Shown in pieces: positions 10,027 to 20,595 of a stretch of 64,000 bases of DNA. The DNA is taken from contig CALKOM010000134.1 of assembly GCA_938091905.1 (NCBI GenBank), positions 1 through 64,000 on the forward strand. Direction: 5' to 3'. Origin of the DNA: an uncultured Verrucomicrobiales bacterium (GTDB lineage: Bacteria; Verrucomicrobiota; Verrucomicrobiia; Verrucomicrobiales; DEV007). Below the pieces are notes generated by a model. That model made no database searches and was not told where the DNA came from. It saw only the letters and a list, made by a program, of their open reading frames with translations. A program made the position numbers and the translations under genes. Every line of letters starts with the position of its first letter. Positions within the stretch are counted from its first letter, which is position 1.

Positions 10027-12612
10027 ATGAAAACACTAGTCATCGCCGAGAAGCCAAGCGTCGCCAACGACCTGCAGAGGGTCCTGGGGAAGCAGCCCGG
10101 CATGACAAAGTTCAAGAAGGAGAAAGACTACTTCGAGAACGAAACTCATGTCATTTCTTCAGCCATCGGTCACCTGGTGGAGCTCGAAATGCCGAAGGCT
10201 CAGTGGAAATTCGAAAGTCTTCCCATCTTGCCGGACGAATTTGGCCTCCAACCAATCGAGAAGACCAGGGACAGATTGAGCCTCCTCAAGCGCCTCATGA
10301 AACGCAAAGACGTCGAAACGGTCGTCAACGCTTGTGATGCCGGTCGCGAAGGAGAGCTGATCTTCTATCTCGTGAAGGAGATCTGCAAAGTGAAGAAGCC
10401 CGTTCAGCGTCTCTGGATGCAGTCCATGACCAATCAGGCCATCCAAGATGCCTTCGGAAGCCTTCGCGAAGGGCGTGATATGATTCCGCTCGAAAGCGCT
10501 GCTCTGTGCCGCTCTGAGAGTGACTGGCTTGTGGGGATCAATGGCACCCGCGCCATGACTGCCTTCAATTCTCGCAACGGCGGCTTTCAAAGGACACCCG
10601 TTGGTCGTGTGCAAACGCCGACCCTGGCTCTGATGGTCGCTCGGGAGAAACAAATCCGCGCGTTTGAATCTCGGCCTTATTGGGAAGTCTACGGCGATTT
10701 TGATGTGAAGGCCGGCCAGTACCGCGGCCGCTGGTTCAATCCTGATCACAAGAAAGATCCTAACGATCCTCACATGCGTGCCGAACGCATCTGGGACGAG
10801 ATCGAAGCCAAGGCCATCGAGGAACGTTGCACCGGCAAGACAGGCACGGTCGAAGAGAAAACCAAGCCGAGCAAACAAGCGTCTCCGCAACTCTACGATC
10901 TCACCACCCTACAACGTGAGGCCAGCAGCCGTTTTGGTTTCAGTGCCAAGAATACGTTGGGTATCGCCCAGGCACTCTACGAGAAGCATAAAGTCCTGAC
11001 GTATCCGAGAACGGATTCGCGCTGCTTGCCTGAGGATTACATTCAGCAGACACAACAGGTATTGAGCAAGTTCTCGCAGCTTGATCACACCTCCCCTGGC
11101 TTCCCCGAAGATTTGCCTAAGCATGCTGGTCATGTCGTGGCGAATAGTTTGGTGGTACCGAACAAGCGCATCTTTAATGACAAGAAGGTCAGCGATCACT
11201 TCGCGATTAGTCCTACCGGTGAGGTTCCGAAGAACCTGAAGGAACAGGAAATGAAGATCTACGACATGGTCACGCGTCGCTTCATTGCCGTCTTCTTTCC
11301 TTCAGCCGAGTATGCGGTCACGCAGCGGATCACCACCATTGGCCAAGATCAATTCAAGACCGACGGTAAGATCCTCATGGTTCCAGGTTGGCTTGCCGTC
11401 TATGGCAAGAAAGCGGGTGTCTCGACCGGCAAAGACGGCGATTTGGTCGCGATCGAGGAAGGCGGCGAAGACGCCAAGACAGCCGCGATCGAAGTGGTAT
11501 TCAAACAGACTAAACCTCCGGCACGCTATGGGGAAGCGACGTTGCTGTCAGCGATGGAGACGGCCGGAAAACTGGTCGATGACGAAGAACTACGCAGCGC
11601 CATGAGCGAACGCGGCCTGGGCACGCCGGCTACCAGAGCTGCTACCATCGAGGGCCTCATCTACGACAAGTATGTCAATCGCGTGGAACGCGAACTCATG
11701 CCAACACAGCAAGGCATACAGTTGATCGATTTGTTAGAAGAAATGGAGGTACAACTGCTTTGCTCGCCTGAACTTACCGGCAACTGGGAGTATAAGCTCA
11801 AGCAGATGGAAGAAGGCCATCTAGATCGCGCCTCCTTCATGAATGAGATTCGCAAGCTCACGGTGGAGGTGGTCGACAAAGCGCGCAAGCACGCGCAAGT
11901 CGCCAAAGACCGCGTCTACCCTGACCTTGAGGTAAACTGTCCAGCCTGCGGACAATCGCCCTTGAAGCAGGATGATCGCACGTTTAAATGTCAGACTGAG
12001 GATTGTGAGTTCACGCTGTGGAAGAACATTTCTCAACGTGAACTCCAGCCCGACGAAGCCAAGACTTTGCTGACCGAGAAGATCGTCGGACCATTAGTTG
12101 GGTTTCGCTCACGCTGGGGCCAGCTCTTTGATGCCACTCTCAGATTGGACAAGGACCTCAAAGTTGAGTTTGTAACCCAAACGGATGAAGAGCACCAAGC
12201 TGAACTCGACTCGCTCGTAGCCGAGAACTTTGTTTGTGAATACCCGCCCAGTGGCGATAAGAACGGCAAGATTTACGAAGGCCCAGATGCCTACATTCTC
12301 GACCTCGCCGTACATGGCGACAAAGATTTCCGTAAAGTCCGTCTGAAGAAACTACAATGTAAAGTCGAGCTCAGCAGAGACGAGGCCAAGAAATTCTTCA
12401 CCGAAGGCAAGACGAGCGAAATTGACACCTTCATTTCCAAGAAGGGTCGTCCGTTCAAAGCCTTCCTAGAAATGGACCACGAAGGTCGGCGTTTCACCAA
12501 CTGGCGCTTCCCGCCGAGAGCCAAGAAAGGCAAGGACGAGGATGGAGGAGCCACCGCTGCCAAGAAGAAGGCTGCTAAAAAGAAAGCTGCTCCGAAGAAG
12601 AAGGCCAGCTAA
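10027..12612 (+). CDS. topB: DNA topoisomerase III (type IA) with C-terminal repeats and Lys/Ala-rich tail
   Basis: [26 protein letters not shown], catalytic [16 protein letters not shown]. Confidence 0.93.
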   Translation: MKTLVIAEKPSVANDLQRVLGKQPGMTKFKKEKDYFENETHVISSAIGHLVELEMPKAQWKFESLPILPDEFGLQPIEKTRDRLSLLKRLMKRKDVETVVNACDAGREGELIFYLVKEICKVKKPVQRLWMQSMTNQAIQDAFGSLREGRDMIPLESAALCRSESDWLVGINGTRAMTAFNSRNGGFQRTPVGRVQTPTLALMVAREKQIRAFESRPYWEVYGDFDVKAGQYRGRWFNPDHKKDPNDPHMRAERIWDEIEAKAIEERCTGKTGTVEEKTKPSKQASPQLYDLTTLQREASSRFGFSAKNTLGIAQALYEKHKVLTYPRTDSRCLPEDYIQQTQQVLSKFSQLDHTSPGFPEDLPKHAGHVVANSLVVPNKRIFNDKKVSDHFAISPTGEVPKNLKEQEMKIYDMVTRRFIAVFFPSAEYAVTQRITTIGQDQFKTDGKILMVPGWLAVYGKKAGVSTGKDGDLVAIEEGGEDAKTAAIEVVFKQTKPPARYGEATLLSAMETAGKLVDDEELRSAMSERGLGTPATRAATIEGLIYDKYVNRVERELMPTQQGIQLIDLLEEMEVQLLCSPELTGNWEYKLKQMEEGHLDRASFMNEIRKLTVEVVDKARKHAQVAKDRVYPDLEVNCPACGQSPLKQDDRTFKCQTEDCEFTLWKNISQRELQPDEAKTLLTEKIVGPLVGFRSRWGQLFDATLRLDKDLKVEFVTQTDEEHQAELDSLVAENFVCEYPPSGDKNGKIYEGPDAYILDLAVHGDKDFRKVRLKKLQCKVELSRDEAKKFFTEGKTSEIDTFISKKGRPFKAFLEMDHEGRRFTNWRFPPRAKKGKDEDGGATAAKKKAAKKKAAPKKKAS

Positions 12613-12749
12613 GTACAGTAATCGCCATCCAGATAGCGATCTTCGACGTTCTGCAGTGAGTCCAACACTTCTGGAATACTGCAAATGATAGGGTAGCACC
12701 GCAATCCTACCGGTGACCGGGGCAAGATGTCCCGCTACACTATCAGGTT

Positions 12750-13337
12750 GCTTTTCGGGAGAGGGAATCTCTACGAGACACTGTTCGATCCAATCTACTT
12801 CCGGGCCGAGCCCATGTTTTCTTATAAAAACTTGATAAGGATCGGTGGCCATCGATGGGATCAAACTGAATCTACAGATGCAGTTTGCGCAAACACACTG
12901 GGCAGGCCTAGAGAGCCGTGCGATCTGTCTCTGAGAGACTCCCGAAGCCATTGATAACGCAATGATAGCGAATAGAATGCAGAGCCCCGAACATGTGTGC
13001 CGTTTCGTGGGCGTTCACTTATGTAGAGTGTTCGACGTGAATCCGTTACTTCGTTCCGCCAACCTCGTTTGAAGGCTCCTACTGTTTGACCATGCCGATC
13101 CATGCTCGTCAGCCAGTCATCTGGTTTAGGATCAGGCATGGCATCAAAGGAGGCCGTTTCTTGAAGCACAGCTCAAAGGCGCGGCGAAAGGCTGTTCAAT
13201 TTCCCCACAGCTTTCTGGCGCTCCTCCGCCTCAAGCGGTCGAAGTGGCGTGTAGGCAACGATCAGACCAGGCAATCGCCGGGCAAGCACGCCCAGCAATA
13301 GGACGTAGATTTGGCACGCGCACCTATTGCTTCCCAT
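12750..13337 (-). pseudogene. Archaemetzincin (peptidase M54)-like pseudogene
   Basis: Own minus-strand translation: FDAMPDPKPDDWL..GQT..RRTLYI joined out of frame to HETAHMFGALH..HCVING..SETDRTAL*ACPVCLRKLHL*IQFDP; at least three in-frame stops and two frameshifts; 3' boundary approximate. Confidence 0.8.
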
Positions 13338-13410
13338 TCACAGAAAGATGTTAGTGCAGACTGATCGGATGGCCAATCTTGGCCGTCCCTAACTTCGAAC
13401 TGCCTCCCCC

Positions 13411-14394
13411 TTACACCGAAGCAACGCAGGCAGCGCCTTCTGGCTTGGGCACGTCTGCAAAGGGTGCCTGAGGTTTGAGATCGAGCGTCTCGAGAAGATC
13501 GAGATCGCGCTGCACTGAGGGGTTCTTCGCCGTCAGGAGCTTTTCACCGTAAAAGATGGAATTGGCACCGGCAAAGAAGCACATGGCTTGAGCTTCCTTC
13601 GATAAATCCGTCCGCCCGGCAGAAAGGCGGACCTTCGCCTTGGGCATCGCGATGCGTGCGAGAGCGATCATGCGAATGAGATCGAAGCTGTCGACAGCTT
13701 TCGAATCTTCCATCGGCGTGCCTGCCATTGGCATGAGGACATTGATAGGAACACTTTCTGGCTGAGGATCGAGATTAGATAGAATCTCTAGCATACGCAA
13801 TCGATCTTCAGCTTGCTCACCAAGCCCAAGGATACCACCACAACACACCGCCATGCCTGCCTCTTGCACATGCTTCAACGTGTTGATGCGATCTTGGAAC
13901 GTGTGCGTACTAACAATATTCGGGTAGTGCTCCGGAGACGTATCAATGTTATGATTATACGCCGTGACACCCGCATCACGCAATTGCTGCGCTTCTTCTG
14001 CACCGACCTCTCCGAGAGTCACACACACTTCCATATCAAGCTCACTCACTCCGCGAATGATCTCCAGCACCTCATCAAACCGCTTGGTCCCTTGGCGGAC
14101 GCCCTTCCAAGCAGCGCCCATGCAGAAACGCGTGCTACCGTTGGCCTTGGCTGCGTGCGCATTTTCCATCACAGCGTCCTTGCTCAGGAGACGCTCTGCA
14201 TCCACGCCAGTACTGTAACGCGCGCTCTGAGCGCAGTAAGAACAATCCTCACTACAACCACCCGTTTTAATGCTTAAGAGCGTACAGAGTTGCACCTCTT
14301 GTTTCTCCCAATGAGCTTCATGGACTGCACGAGACCGTTTGAGGAGTTCAAAAAGAGGGAGTTTCGAAAGAGTTTCCAGTTCGTTGAGAGTCAT
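13411..14394 (-). CDS. bioB: Biotin synthase
   Basis: SIKTGGCSEDCSYCAQS, RFCMGAAW, YNHNIDTS, VRLSAGR, GANSIFYGEKLLT; in-frame upstream start at 14451 possible. Confidence 0.97.
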   Translation of the reverse strand: MTLNELETLSKLPLFELLKRSRAVHEAHWEKQEVQLCTLLSIKTGGCSEDCSYCAQSARYSTGVDAERLLSKDAVMENAHAAKANGSTRFCMGAAWKGVRQGTKRFDEVLEIIRGVSELDMEVCVTLGEVGAEEAQQLRDAGVTAYNHNIDTSPEHYPNIVSTHTFQDRINTLKHVQEAGMAVCCGGILGLGEQAEDRLRMLEILSNLDPQPESVPINVLMPMAGTPMEDSKAVDSFDLIRMIALARIAMPKAKVRLSAGRTDLSKEAQAMCFFAGANSIFYGEKLLTAKNPSVQRDLDLLETLDLKPQAPFADVPKPEGAACVASV

Positions 14395-14505
14395 GGGGCC
14401 AGTAGACGGTGAAGGGATGGATAGTTTCTTGTCAGACGTCAAAACCGCCACCCTGTTTCCAAGATGGCGGTCGACTTGATCGTATAATCTGTTGAGATAG
14501 GAAGC

Positions 14506-15882
14506 TTACGAGTAAGAGGATTCCACACGCTTGGCGACATCACGGTAACCGTAATCCACTTCGTAGATCTGCTTGAGAGCCTCAAGATATTCATCTTTCT
14601 GGCCGAGCTTCTCGTGAAGAAGAGCACGCTCATACATGACGTCTTTCTTCGTGCCATCCATTGCGCTCAACTCCTTCTCTGCCTCTTGTAACTGGGTGAT
14701 CGCGAGGTCATCCATGTTCTTCGAACCAAAGCATTTGCCTAACAAGAGGAGGGCTTTTGTACGAACGTGAGGGTTACTCTTAGCCCGCTGCAATTCAGGA
14801 ATGGCCTCGGTCGGTTGATCCACCGCGTAAAGATATTCTGCATACGAATAGCGAAGCTGCGGATCAGTTGGGTTGCGCTCCACTTGATCACGGAAATAAT
14901 CCACCTTCTGCATGAGACGTTCTTTTTTCAGTTCGTCGAGACGCGCGCGCTTGTCTGCCGCGTCTGGAGCATCTGGGTTAGCGGCAAGGGCATCCTCCAT
15001 CTCCTTGAATTCGACATCCCGCTGGCGGTCTTTAATCCCGGTAATCTTGCTCTGCATGGCGGTATCACCAGGAGAGAGGTGCAAGGCCCACTCGTAGTAA
15101 GAGGCCGCCGAAGCAAGATCTTCCCCGTGTTCGTAAACCGAAGCGATCTTCTTCACGACGATGATGTCCTCGTTATTCTCAGCGTAATCCGCGAGGAGCT
15201 TTTCTAGAAGGCGCGCACGCTGATCCGGCGTCATCGAACCAACGTCACGATCTTCCATCTCAAGCCGAGCTGCTTCTTCTTCGTCACGTTTCTTACCACC
15301 CTCTTCGAGCTTGTTTTCCTCCATCGACTTCTGCGTCGTCATCTTCATCGAGCCGTTGATCGCTTCGAGGTCGGATGGATCGATCACAGACACGGCTTGA
15401 TAGGCATCCGCCGCTGCACCAAAGTTCCTCTGACCGGCGTGGTGTACAGCAATCTTTTTCAAAATGACTGTATCCTTCGGATTAGCCTCTTTTAAGGTCT
15501 CCAGGGCAAGCAAGCCCACACCGGGAATCTCTGCAGCCATGGCAGCGTCGTAGAGCAGTTCGTTCAGAGCCTTATTGCCTGGTGAGCTATTGAGTTCGTC
15601 CTCAATGGAGCCCAGGGCAGCCACAGGATCACTTTGAACCAAGGGCTTAAGCTTCATTGCGGCCTTCATTGCCGCACCTCCAGAAAGAAGTCCTGCCTTC
15701 TTACCTTTGGAATTCGCCATTTGCGCCTTACGCAAAGCACTCCGAGCATCAAGAAACCCAGGTTCGGCTTTCACGATGGGGAGGAGTAATTGCGCTACGT
15801 AATCGTAATTCTGAGCCCGCATGGACTTCACGGCCTTGTCCCAGAGGTTCTTCAGATTGGATGGCAGTTCGTTCTCGGTCAT
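14506..15882 (-). CDS. Tetratricopeptide-repeat protein
   Basis: All-helical repeats with TPR-like A/Y/L spacing; C-terminal IYEVDYGYRDV. Confidence 0.75.
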   Translation of the reverse strand: MTENELPSNLKNLWDKAVKSMRAQNYDYVAQLLLPIVKAEPGFLDARSALRKAQMANSKGKKAGLLSGGAAMKAAMKLKPLVQSDPVAALGSIEDELNSSPGNKALNELLYDAAMAAEIPGVGLLALETLKEANPKDTVILKKIAVHHAGQRNFGAAADAYQAVSVIDPSDLEAINGSMKMTTQKSMEENKLEEGGKKRDEEEAARLEMEDRDVGSMTPDQRARLLEKLLADYAENNEDIIVVKKIASVYEHGEDLASAASYYEWALHLSPGDTAMQSKITGIKDRQRDVEFKEMEDALAANPDAPDAADKRARLDELKKERLMQKVDYFRDQVERNPTDPQLRYSYAEYLYAVDQPTEAIPELQRAKSNPHVRTKALLLLGKCFGSKNMDDLAITQLQEAEKELSAMDGTKKDVMYERALLHEKLGQKDEYLEALKQIYEVDYGYRDVAKRVESSYS

Positions 15883-16072
15883 AGTGCTAGTAGGTGATCC
15901 TGGTCTCGCTTGGCTTAAAATATGAGGTTCTCAGTCAATTAATGAAGCTTCTATAGACGGCAACTTCTAAATTGCCACGGATTTCAGCACAAGGCTTTCA
16001 AGTTTGGCAAGCGCCATTGTTCCAAGCTAATTTCCCATTGCAATCATTGCTGATTCGCGATTTGTTTAGCTC

Positions 16073-16528
16073 ATGAAACGTCGTCTTCTCTTCCTGCTCA
16101 CCATCGCTCTAGCTGTCGGTTGTCTCGGCATGGGTAAGCGGCCGTCAAAGCATGTCGTGTCGTTCCACGTTGAGGCAGATCCGCAGTTCGCTGGGTCCAA
16201 ACGGGTCTTTGAATGGCCAGCAGGCACCGGGCATTACTACGATAAATCACCAACTATCCATTACAGGCAGATCCAATCCTTTGCTCCTTTTGATGGGGAT
16301 GATGGTGGTTGGGGCGCTGTCTTCCGCCTCACGACGGCTGGGAGAAATGCCCTCCAGGAAATTTCTCAAACGCATTACAGCAAACTCATGCTTTCCATCG
16401 TCGCAGGCGAACCACGTTCAGTTACTCGGATTGATCGCTATATCGATGATGGCCAAATCGTCATTTGGGAGAAGCTCAAGCCCGAAGACATGTCTATGTT
16501 CGAGAAGAAATTTGCACAGTTTCAATAA
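16073..16528 (+). CDS. Exported protein (possible lipoprotein) with SecD P1-head-like domain
   Basis: Signal with LAVGC; GAVFRLTTAGRNALQEIS...LSIVAGE...IDRYIDDGQIVI resembles the SecDF P1 head. Confidence 0.55.
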   Translation: MKRRLLFLLTIALAVGCLGMGKRPSKHVVSFHVEADPQFAGSKRVFEWPAGTGHYYDKSPTIHYRQIQSFAPFDGDDGGWGAVFRLTTAGRNALQEISQTHYSKLMLSIVAGEPRSVTRIDRYIDDGQIVIWEKLKPEDMSMFEKKFAQFQ

Positions 16529-17566
16529 ATGTGGTTCTGCGGTGTGAGAAGGGTCGCGTTGGGAATCGCGGCAAGCCTGCTCTTCTGCCTGAGTTCTGCG
16601 CAGGCAGCTAAGTGGATCTTGCCCACGGCGAATCGCTCGCTCTTCACGGGCGACTACGACGACTTCTTCATGTATGTTCCGCGCCACTGGGAAGGGAAAG
16701 ATTACACCGTTTGGCAGGGGGGACAGTATGGTTTTGTTCGCTCGCCGGTGAAGAGCAGAGGGAAAGTCATCTACGCAAAGTTTCATGAGGGCCTGGACAT
16801 CAAGCCAACACGGCGCGACTCGCGAGGGGATCCTTTAGACGTCGTCTGGAGTTGTGGCCCCGGTCGTGTCGTGCATGTGAATCCCATCACCAGCCGTTCC
16901 TCCTACGGGAAGTATGTCGTCGTCGAGCACGTTTGTGAAGATGGACTCTACTATAGTCTCTATGCACATCTCTCCCTGGCCAAGGCCGAAGTCGGTCAGA
17001 CGGTGCGCGCCGGTTCACCGCTCGGGGTCATGGGCTACACTGGACCTGGCCTAAACAGAGAAAGGGCTCACCTACACTTCGAGCTAAACCTTCTGTTAGA
17101 CAGCCAATTCAATAAATGGCACGGCTCCATAGTCAGCACGGGCAATCCTCACGGAATCTTCAATGGCCTCAACATGGTAGGCATCCCCGTGTCCGACTAC
17201 TTCATGGCTTGTCGCGCCCAACCAGGTCTAACCGTGCGCGACTTTCTCAAACGTCGCAAACCCCACTACAAAATTGCCATACCTAAAGACGGCAGTCGTT
17301 TGGAGATTGCTCGACGTTATCGCTGGTTAAACACTGACCGCAGCGCACCAGGCTCCGCCTGGGAAATCAGCTTTGACGGCTCGGGCGTGCCGCTCGCGAT
17401 CAAAAGCATGACACCAAATGTCGGCCTGTCACAGCCTCTCGTGACCTGGGTCAAAGAATCGCCCTATCCCCACAGTTATCAAACTCGCAAGCGGTTGACC
17501 AGTTCCGGCAAGGCCCTAACGCCTCGGGGCCTACGGTTTGTCAACTTGGTCGCCGGACGATTCTAA
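16529..17566 (+). CDS. M23-family metallopeptidase
   Basis: HEGLD, YGKYVVVEH, YAHL, HLHFE; signal peptide. Confidence 0.9.
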   Translation: MWFCGVRRVALGIAASLLFCLSSAQAAKWILPTANRSLFTGDYDDFFMYVPRHWEGKDYTVWQGGQYGFVRSPVKSRGKVIYAKFHEGLDIKPTRRDSRGDPLDVVWSCGPGRVVHVNPITSRSSYGKYVVVEHVCEDGLYYSLYAHLSLAKAEVGQTVRAGSPLGVMGYTGPGLNRERAHLHFELNLLLDSQFNKWHGSIVSTGNPHGIFNGLNMVGIPVSDYFMACRAQPGLTVRDFLKRRKPHYKIAIPKDGSRLEIARRYRWLNTDRSAPGSAWEISFDGSGVPLAIKSMTPNVGLSQPLVTWVKESPYPHSYQTRKRLTSSGKALTPRGLRFVNLVAGRF

Positions 17567-17657
17567 CGGAGCCCTTATCGCGACTTTCCATAGTCGCTGC
17601 TGCCCCAGGCACTTGTTGGTTACGACATTGGAAAGCCGCACGACAAGAGCCCGGCCC

Positions 17658-18554
17658 CTATGCCGAAGCAGCATTCATCTCAGCCGTTACAAGCGGAATG
17701 CGAGGGTCTTTCCCCGTCCACGAATCGTAGATCCAGGCGTGATCAGGATCATCCGTATTGGCAAGAGACTGGTCACTTCCAGTGAGGAAGTTTAGATAAT
17801 AACAGTGGTAGCCATGCCCTGCGACCACCGGATGATAACCACGCGGCACCATAACGACGTCGTTGGTCCTAGCATAAGCCATCTCATCGAGTTCCCGATC
17901 CGATGTATAGACCTGTTGGATCGCGTATCCCTGCGGCTTCTCGATTTTGTAAAAGTAGGTTTCCTCCAATCGAGCCTCTTTGACTGAGCCATCATCGTTT
18001 AGAAGACGTTCATCATGTTTGTGCGCGGGAAACGAGCTCCAGTTCCCAGACGGTGTGTAAACTTCCACGCTGACCAATCGCTGGCAGTCAAAGCCGGGCT
18101 CGATCAAGCTGTTGATTTGCCTTGTCGCGTTGTCGCCACCGCGGATCTCAATCACCACTTCCTCCGGCGTCTTAAAACGCGCGGGATGATCTTGATCGGC
18201 ATCACACCAACCATAAGCAATATCGAGCAACTCGCTCTCCGCTGTGAGTCGGAATTCGGTATGCCGTGGCAAGTAGAGCGTGTGAGCAATGCCGCTGAAG
18301 ACATCTTTACGGCCGTTCGTCGTTCGCCAAGAATCAGTCTTGGTTTCCACACGATAATTTCCGCTCAGAAGAATGATCCCGTACTCGTGGTCGCCGGTCT
18401 CACCCTCCCAAACGTCGCCTTCCTTCAGGACGCGTGCTCCGAAGTTGAGAAACTCCCAACCCGCCTCCTCCCTCTTAATGCATTGATAGACACCATCGGC
18501 AGCCTGAGGCTGCGGCTTCACCAGGAGAGGATACTTCGGATCGCGATTCAACAT
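17658..18554 (-). CDS. iolB: 5-deoxy-glucuronate isomerase
   Basis: EVYTPSGNWSSFPAHKHD, LEETYF, VPRGYHP, YYLNFL. Confidence 0.92.
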   Translation of the reverse strand: MLNRDPKYPLLVKPQPQAADGVYQCIKREEAGWEFLNFGARVLKEGDVWEGETGDHEYGIILLSGNYRVETKTDSWRTTNGRKDVFSGIAHTLYLPRHTEFRLTAESELLDIAYGWCDADQDHPARFKTPEEVVIEIRGGDNATRQINSLIEPGFDCQRLVSVEVYTPSGNWSSFPAHKHDERLLNDDGSVKEARLEETYFYKIEKPQGYAIQQVYTSDRELDEMAYARTNDVVMVPRGYHPVVAGHGYHCYYLNFLTGSDQSLANTDDPDHAWIYDSWTGKDPRIPLVTAEMNAASA

Positions 18555-18615
18555 GTTGGCGTCTTAGCGGATCTCGTTCTCCATGGGAATCCCGAAATGA
18601 GAAACTCCAAAGGAC

Positions 18616-19866
18616 TTGCGTCCAGCAGGTTCTTCACCGTTGGGAAAGACCGTGGCCGACCCGAATGTTACCAAGCGCACGTTCCGATTGGAACTGACCC
18701 GCGCGCTTATGGCCGGGGGCATTATCGAGGCCTTCTCCACAACCTTTCTTTTATACTTTCTCATCAAGGTTTACGATGCGAATGATACGCTGAAATCGGC
18801 TGTCATGAGCAGCCAGCGCGGCGGGTTGCTGCTAGGATTCCTCGTCGTTGCCTTCGCCCATCGCTGGCACCAGGCCCCCTCCCGCGTCGCCTCGATCACC
18901 TTCTTCACTGCAGCCATCGCCCTGGCGGTTGCCTCGTCTACCGAGACGGCCACGATCTTTGCCATCAGCATCGCCATCGCCTCGTGCATGTGGTCATGGA
19001 CCCCGCCCCTCGTCACGCAATTCTATCGAGCAAATTATCCTTCGGATCGACGCGGCCGGCTGTTCTCCTTGGTCGCCATTGTGAGGGGGCTCTCTGCCGT
19101 TGTCATTGGCTACGCCATCGGTCGATGGCTCGAGCATGCCGCTCAAACAGGACAAGACCTGCGATTGGTCCTTTGGCTAGCTCCAGCAGCCTTCCTCATG
19201 ACCGCCGTCTTCCTGTGGTGCATCCCAATTCATCCGCAGCTCAAGTCCATGGGGCGCATTCCAAGACAATCCTACTGGGCAGCCTTTCATTGGTTAGGAA
19301 GAGACAAGCGATTTGCGCTCGCCATAATAGCCTGGATGTTCGTCGGGATAGGCATGCTCATGTCAGGCGTCTTGCTCGTCGAGTACCTAGCGAACCCTCG
19401 CTACGGATTGGCCTACGACTCAGGCACGATCAGTCTCATTAGCATTGGCATTCCCACGACCATTCAGTTGGCGACCACTTACGTATGGGCTAGCTGGTTC
19501 GACAAAGTCCGCTTCTTTCGGCTTCGGCTCGTTCTTAATGCAGTCGGAGCGATTGCGGTGTTAGTGATCTATCTCAGTCCTCATATCGGTGGACTTTATC
19601 TCGGAGCAGCCCTGTTGGGTCTCTTCCGCGGCGGCGGCAATATCGCGTGGAATCTCTGGGTAACCAAACTCGCTCCTGAAGACCATGTCGGTGAATACAT
19701 GTCGGTGCATACCTTCTTCACGGGTATCCGAGGTATCCTGACACCGTGGCTCGGCTACTACCTACTAAGAGAACACGGCGTCTCCGCTTTTGCCTGGGTC
19801 TGTTTCGGCTTTGTCATGCTGTCATCCATCACGGTGATCCCACTCCTACGCGATGAGAAGCGATGA
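18616..19866 (+). CDS. MFS transporter
   Basis: About 12 hydrophobic segments; YPSDRRGR loop motif; start may be GTG 18652. Confidence 0.8.
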   Translation: MRPAGSSPLGKTVADPNVTKRTFRLELTRALMAGGIIEAFSTTFLLYFLIKVYDANDTLKSAVMSSQRGGLLLGFLVVAFAHRWHQAPSRVASITFFTAAIALAVASSTETATIFAISIAIASCMWSWTPPLVTQFYRANYPSDRRGRLFSLVAIVRGLSAVVIGYAIGRWLEHAAQTGQDLRLVLWLAPAAFLMTAVFLWCIPIHPQLKSMGRIPRQSYWAAFHWLGRDKRFALAIIAWMFVGIGMLMSGVLLVEYLANPRYGLAYDSGTISLISIGIPTTIQLATTYVWASWFDKVRFFRLRLVLNAVGAIAVLVIYLSPHIGGLYLGAALLGLFRGGGNIAWNLWVTKLAPEDHVGEYMSVHTFFTGIRGILTPWLGYYLLREHGVSAFAWVCFGFVMLSSITVIPLLRDEKR

Positions 19867-19911
19867 GAGATCGTACTTGGCTTAGATTTAGTCGAGAGCT
19901 ATGGTCTCTCA

Positions 19912-20568
19912 ATGAACATTGTTACACAGATTTTACTTATCGGAGCCCTAGCTCTAACGTCAGCTCTCGCAGCTCACCACAAGGACGGTTGGGTTTCCCT
20001 GTTTAACGGCAAGGATCTCAAAGGGTGGACACCAAGGAATGGACTCGCCCACTACCGAATCGAAGGAGACACGATCGTTGGACGGACCACGGAGGGCAGC
20101 CCCAATTCATTTCTTTGCACCGATAAATTATATGGCGACTTTGAATTGGAGTTCGAGGTCAAAGTTCACAACAAGCTCAACTCGGGAGTCCAAATTCGCT
20201 CGCAATCAAAGGATGGTGACGGTCGCGTGAACGGCCCTCAAGTGGAAATCATGGCAAGCAACGAGACCGGAGGCGAATCTGGGTATGTCTACGGCGAAGG
20301 CACGAAGCGTGGTTGGCTCACAACCAAGGATCACCTAAAACGTCACAAAGTATTCAAGGACGGCGAGTGGAACAAGTACCGCATTGTCGCCAAAGGTTCT
20401 CGCATTCAGACATGGATCAATGGCCACATGATCGGGGATCTTACTGATGAACCTATTTACGAGACCCACGCGAAAGGCTTCATTGGCCTTCAAGTGCATG
20501 GCATCAAGAAGGGCACCGGCCCCTACGATGTCGCCTGGCGAAAGATTCGCATCAAGGAACTCCACTAG
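19912..20568 (+). CDS. DUF1080 (3-keto-disaccharide hydrolase-like) secreted protein
   Basis: SLFNGKDLKGW, YGDFELEFE, NSGVQIRS, GEWNKYRI, GFIGLQVH. Confidence 0.92.
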   Translation: MNIVTQILLIGALALTSALAAHHKDGWVSLFNGKDLKGWTPRNGLAHYRIEGDTIVGRTTEGSPNSFLCTDKLYGDFELEFEVKVHNKLNSGVQIRSQSKDGDGRVNGPQVEIMASNETGGESGYVYGEGTKRGWLTTKDHLKRHKVFKDGEWNKYRIVAKGSRIQTWINGHMIGDLTDEPIYETHAKGFIGLQVHGIKKGTGPYDVAWRKIRIKELH

Positions 20569-20595
20569 AACTGCACGCGATCGACCTTGAGCCTC

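Noticed and set aside
13311..13332. Sigma-54-like TGGCACG...TTGC (also TGGCAAG...TTGT near 16005)
   Set aside because: Spacing between the -24 and -12 elements is wrong in both cases
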